The notes beneath the pieces are model-generated. The model worked only from the letters and a program-made list of their open reading frames with translations, made no database searches and had not been told where the DNA came from. Shown here piece by piece: positions 61,376 through 64,000 of a DNA stretch of 64,000 nucleotides (within the stretch, counting starts at the first letter, position 1; each line of letters starts with the position of its first letter). Origin of the DNA: Basidiobolus meristosporus CBS 931.73 (Eukaryota > Fungi > Basidiobolomycota). The stretch is taken from NCBI GenBank assembly GCA_002104905.1, contig MCFE01000449.1, positions 9,378-73,377 of the forward strand. Direction: 5' to 3'. A program made the position numbers and the translations under genes.

Positions 61376-64000
61376 TGTTATGATCTGCCGCTTGAATGTT
61401 TAAGTTAGATCAGTTTTTAGTCAAATCAGTTAGTATATGTTTAGGTTATCAGTACATCAGTATTATCTATGAAATCAGTAGCATTAGTCAGCAAATGAAT
61501 CAGCAGATCCTTATCAGACAGAACTAGATATATTAAGTAGGATCTTATTGGGTGATGATGATGCAATCAAATGAGTCATCAGCCACAACCTACATTAGGA
61601 AATACAATTAGTCAGCAATTGATCTGGCAAAATGTATATAAGGAGCTGCTGGAACCTCAATAAAAATCAGTTCAAGTTTTAGTGAATACAATACTAGCTA
61701 AACTCCCTATTCCTCTACAACTCTTATACCAAGACTTGTAACATTGGTAGCAGCGATAACCAGAAACCTCCCTCCTGAAGAAAAGAAGAAACCACCCTCA
61801 AGATGTCGGACAATCAAGAATGGAAGAATGCCATGCAGCAAATCCTGGCCCAACAGCAACAGCTACTCCAGATCCTCAGCCAACAGCAACAAGGAATGAC
61901 TACCATGGCTCAAAGCCAACAAAGCCCTGTCAAGAGCAACTTTAGTGTGAAGGTCAACCGCTACCATGGCAGAGTCAATGAAAACCTGGGAACTTGGCTC
62001 TTTCAGATTGAAGAAGCTTTTAAAGCTAAAGGAATTGCTCCAGAGAGCAAGTTGCATTATGCAGCTTCTTACCTGGCAGATGCAGCTTTACAGTGGTACC
62101 ACAACAAGATCAGGTCAGCTACTATGATGGGATGCTCAACAATCTCTACCTGGGATGAGTTTGTGTCGGAAATTCAGGATGCTTTTGAACCTCCACACCA
62201 GCAGACACTACTAAGAAGGAAGTTAAAGACACTCAGACAGAAAGGAATGGTGCAAGAATACATCTATGAGTACAGATGTCTACTTGGACAAATTGAAAGA
62301 ATGGACCCCTTGGATCAAGTTGAATACTTTATTGATGGGTTGAAAGAAAGAACTTGCAAGGAAGTCAATTACCGAAGACCTCAGACTATTGAAGAAGCCA
62401 TCAAGATTGCCATTGACTATGACTCAGCTATGTTTGGAGTTGGGAAGCCTACAGTGACTAATCAGAAAGGCTATAATCATTATGAAAGAAGACAATCAGA
62501 AGCAGTACCAATGGAAATAGACGCTATGCAGAAGAATCCCTCCTCAGAAGAATGCAAGAAGAGAGGACTTTGCTTCAATTGCCACCAGCAGGGACATATT
62601 GCAAAGTACTGCCCTCAGAGAAGAAATGGACACCAGCCAACAAGAACGTTCAACCATATTGAGTCCCATGAACACAGTAATGTGGAAGATGAGCTTGAAG
62701 AAGACTCGGAACTCACCTTCCATATGACAGAAGAGTACTTGTCCCAAATGACTTCAAACTCAGGGAAGTTATTGTACTTGAATGGAGTAATCAATGGAGT
62801 ACCCGCCAAGATCATGATTGACTCAGGAGCATCGCATGAATACATGTCAGAGCAATTTGCTTTGAAAGCTGGAATCAACTCGGAACCTACCAAATCAACT
62901 TCAGTTTCCACAGCTGATGGGAACTCCCACATAATCAACCGTATTACCCAGCCAGTAAGAATGAAGATCAATGACTATGAAGAAGACCTACAGGCTTATA
63001 TATTTGGGAACTGCAAGTTTGACCTTGTACTTGGAAAAACCTGGCTATTTTGTTGTAATCCATCAATCAACTGGAGAACCCATGCTACTCAGATTCAAAA
63101 AGACAACAAGACCTATGAGCTATTACCTGCCATGCTGGATTTCAACTTGGTCAATTCCAGTGTGTGTGAGACAAGTGAACTTAGCAAGACCCAGTTCTGT
63201 AGAGCACTTAGAAAAGGTACCGAGATGTTCCTCATGGCGGTATTACAGGAGGATTCCTCTACCCCAGCACCCCAGCAGGTCCAGACTCTCTTGAAGAAAT
63301 ACTCAGACGTGTTTCCAGATGAGCTTGTAAGCCTACCACCAGTCAGAGACGTGGATCATGCCATTGACACAGGAGATAGCCCTCCAGTGAGCAAGACACC
63401 TTACAGAATGAGTCCATTGGAATTGGAGGAAATGAAGAGACAAATTGATCAGCTATTGGAGCAAGGATACATCAGGCCCAGCAAGTCACCCTGGGGAGCA
63501 CCAGTGCTTTTTGTGAAAAAGAAGGATGGAACACTTAGGATGTGCATTGACTACAGAGCCCTGAACTCAGTTACCGTCAAGAATAAGTACCCCATACCTC
63601 GGATTGATGAGCTTTTAGACCAACTTAAATGAGCCACTATTTTCAGCAAGATTGACCTCATGTCAGGATACAACCAGATTAGGGTGAAACCAGAAGATAT
63701 CCCTAAGACAGCATTCAGGACCAGATATGGACATTACGAGTACTTAGTCATGAGTTTTGGCCTCACTAATGCCCCTGCAACATTCATGACGCTGATGCAG
63801 ACTGTCTTTCAGGAGTACTTAGACAAGTTTGTGATAATCTACCTGGATGACATATTGAATATACAGCAAGACAGAAAAGGATCACATGGTACACATTGAA
63901 AAGGTGTTGAAGAAACTAAGAGAGAACAAGCTATATGGCAAGCTAGCCAAGTGTGAATTCTTCAAGGAACACGTAGAATATCTGGGACACATAGTGACTA
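61376..64000 (+). mobile_element. Ty3/Gypsy copy 3, least decayed, runs off the window (5' LTR 61376-61743, PBS TGGTAGCAGCG 61745-61755)
   Basis: LTR matches copies 1 and 2. PBS resembles the complement of the tRNA-iMet 3' end. Inserted into the Copia RT fragment. Confidence 0.95.
61803..63632 (+). pseudogene. Gag-pol single ORF of Ty3 copy 3 (gag, CCHC knuckle, aspartic protease DSG, RT start), interrupted by TGA at 63630-63632 and a frameshift near 63858
   Basis: 609-aa open frame. Copies 1 and 2 have GGA at the TGA position. YLDD is intact at 63840-63851, followed by a 1-nt insertion. Confidence 0.9.

Overview
Eukaryotic, almost certainly fungal, genomic DNA. Short GT-AG introns (mostly 52-100 bp) with CTAAC/TTAAC-type branch sites, a fungal class II aldolase and a WKNNGNT-type WRKY-like factor point to an early-diverging fungus (Mucoromycota/Zoopagomycota); the taxon is an inference. 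The window has two sharply separated halves. (1) 1-~28.2 kb is gene-rich with normal CpG content. It holds two tandem secreted CAP/SCP genes, tRNA-Arg(UCG), a small secreted Cys-rich crystallin-like protein, a bZIP factor with a Yap-like C-terminus, a CCR4-like EEP nuclease, a MAG1/AlkA glycosylase, an FHA/coiled-coil (Vps64/Far10/SLMAP-like) gene, FBA1, a Dal5/Tna1-type MFS transporter, a secreted tyrosinase, a PRX5-fold protein lacking its peroxidatic cysteine, and a fungal WRKY-like zinc-finger factor. (2) ~28.3-64 kb has no recognisable host gene, is strongly CpG-depleted, and consists of nested transposons. These are at least 5 fragments of one Copia family plus pieces of other Copia elements, 3 copies of one Ty3/Gypsy family, solo LTRs with target-site duplications (TSDs), a PIF/Harbinger remnant and two long foldback hairpin elements. 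The most interesting observations are the pseudo-peroxiredoxin next to the tyrosinase and WRKY genes, the WRKY-like factor, the Yap-like bZIP with lost redox cysteines and an abutting uORF, the foldback elements with arm-symmetric indels, and the CpG-decay signature and boundary of the transposon island. All gene models were spliced and translated by hand and no database searches were run, so family assignments rest on recognised motifs.
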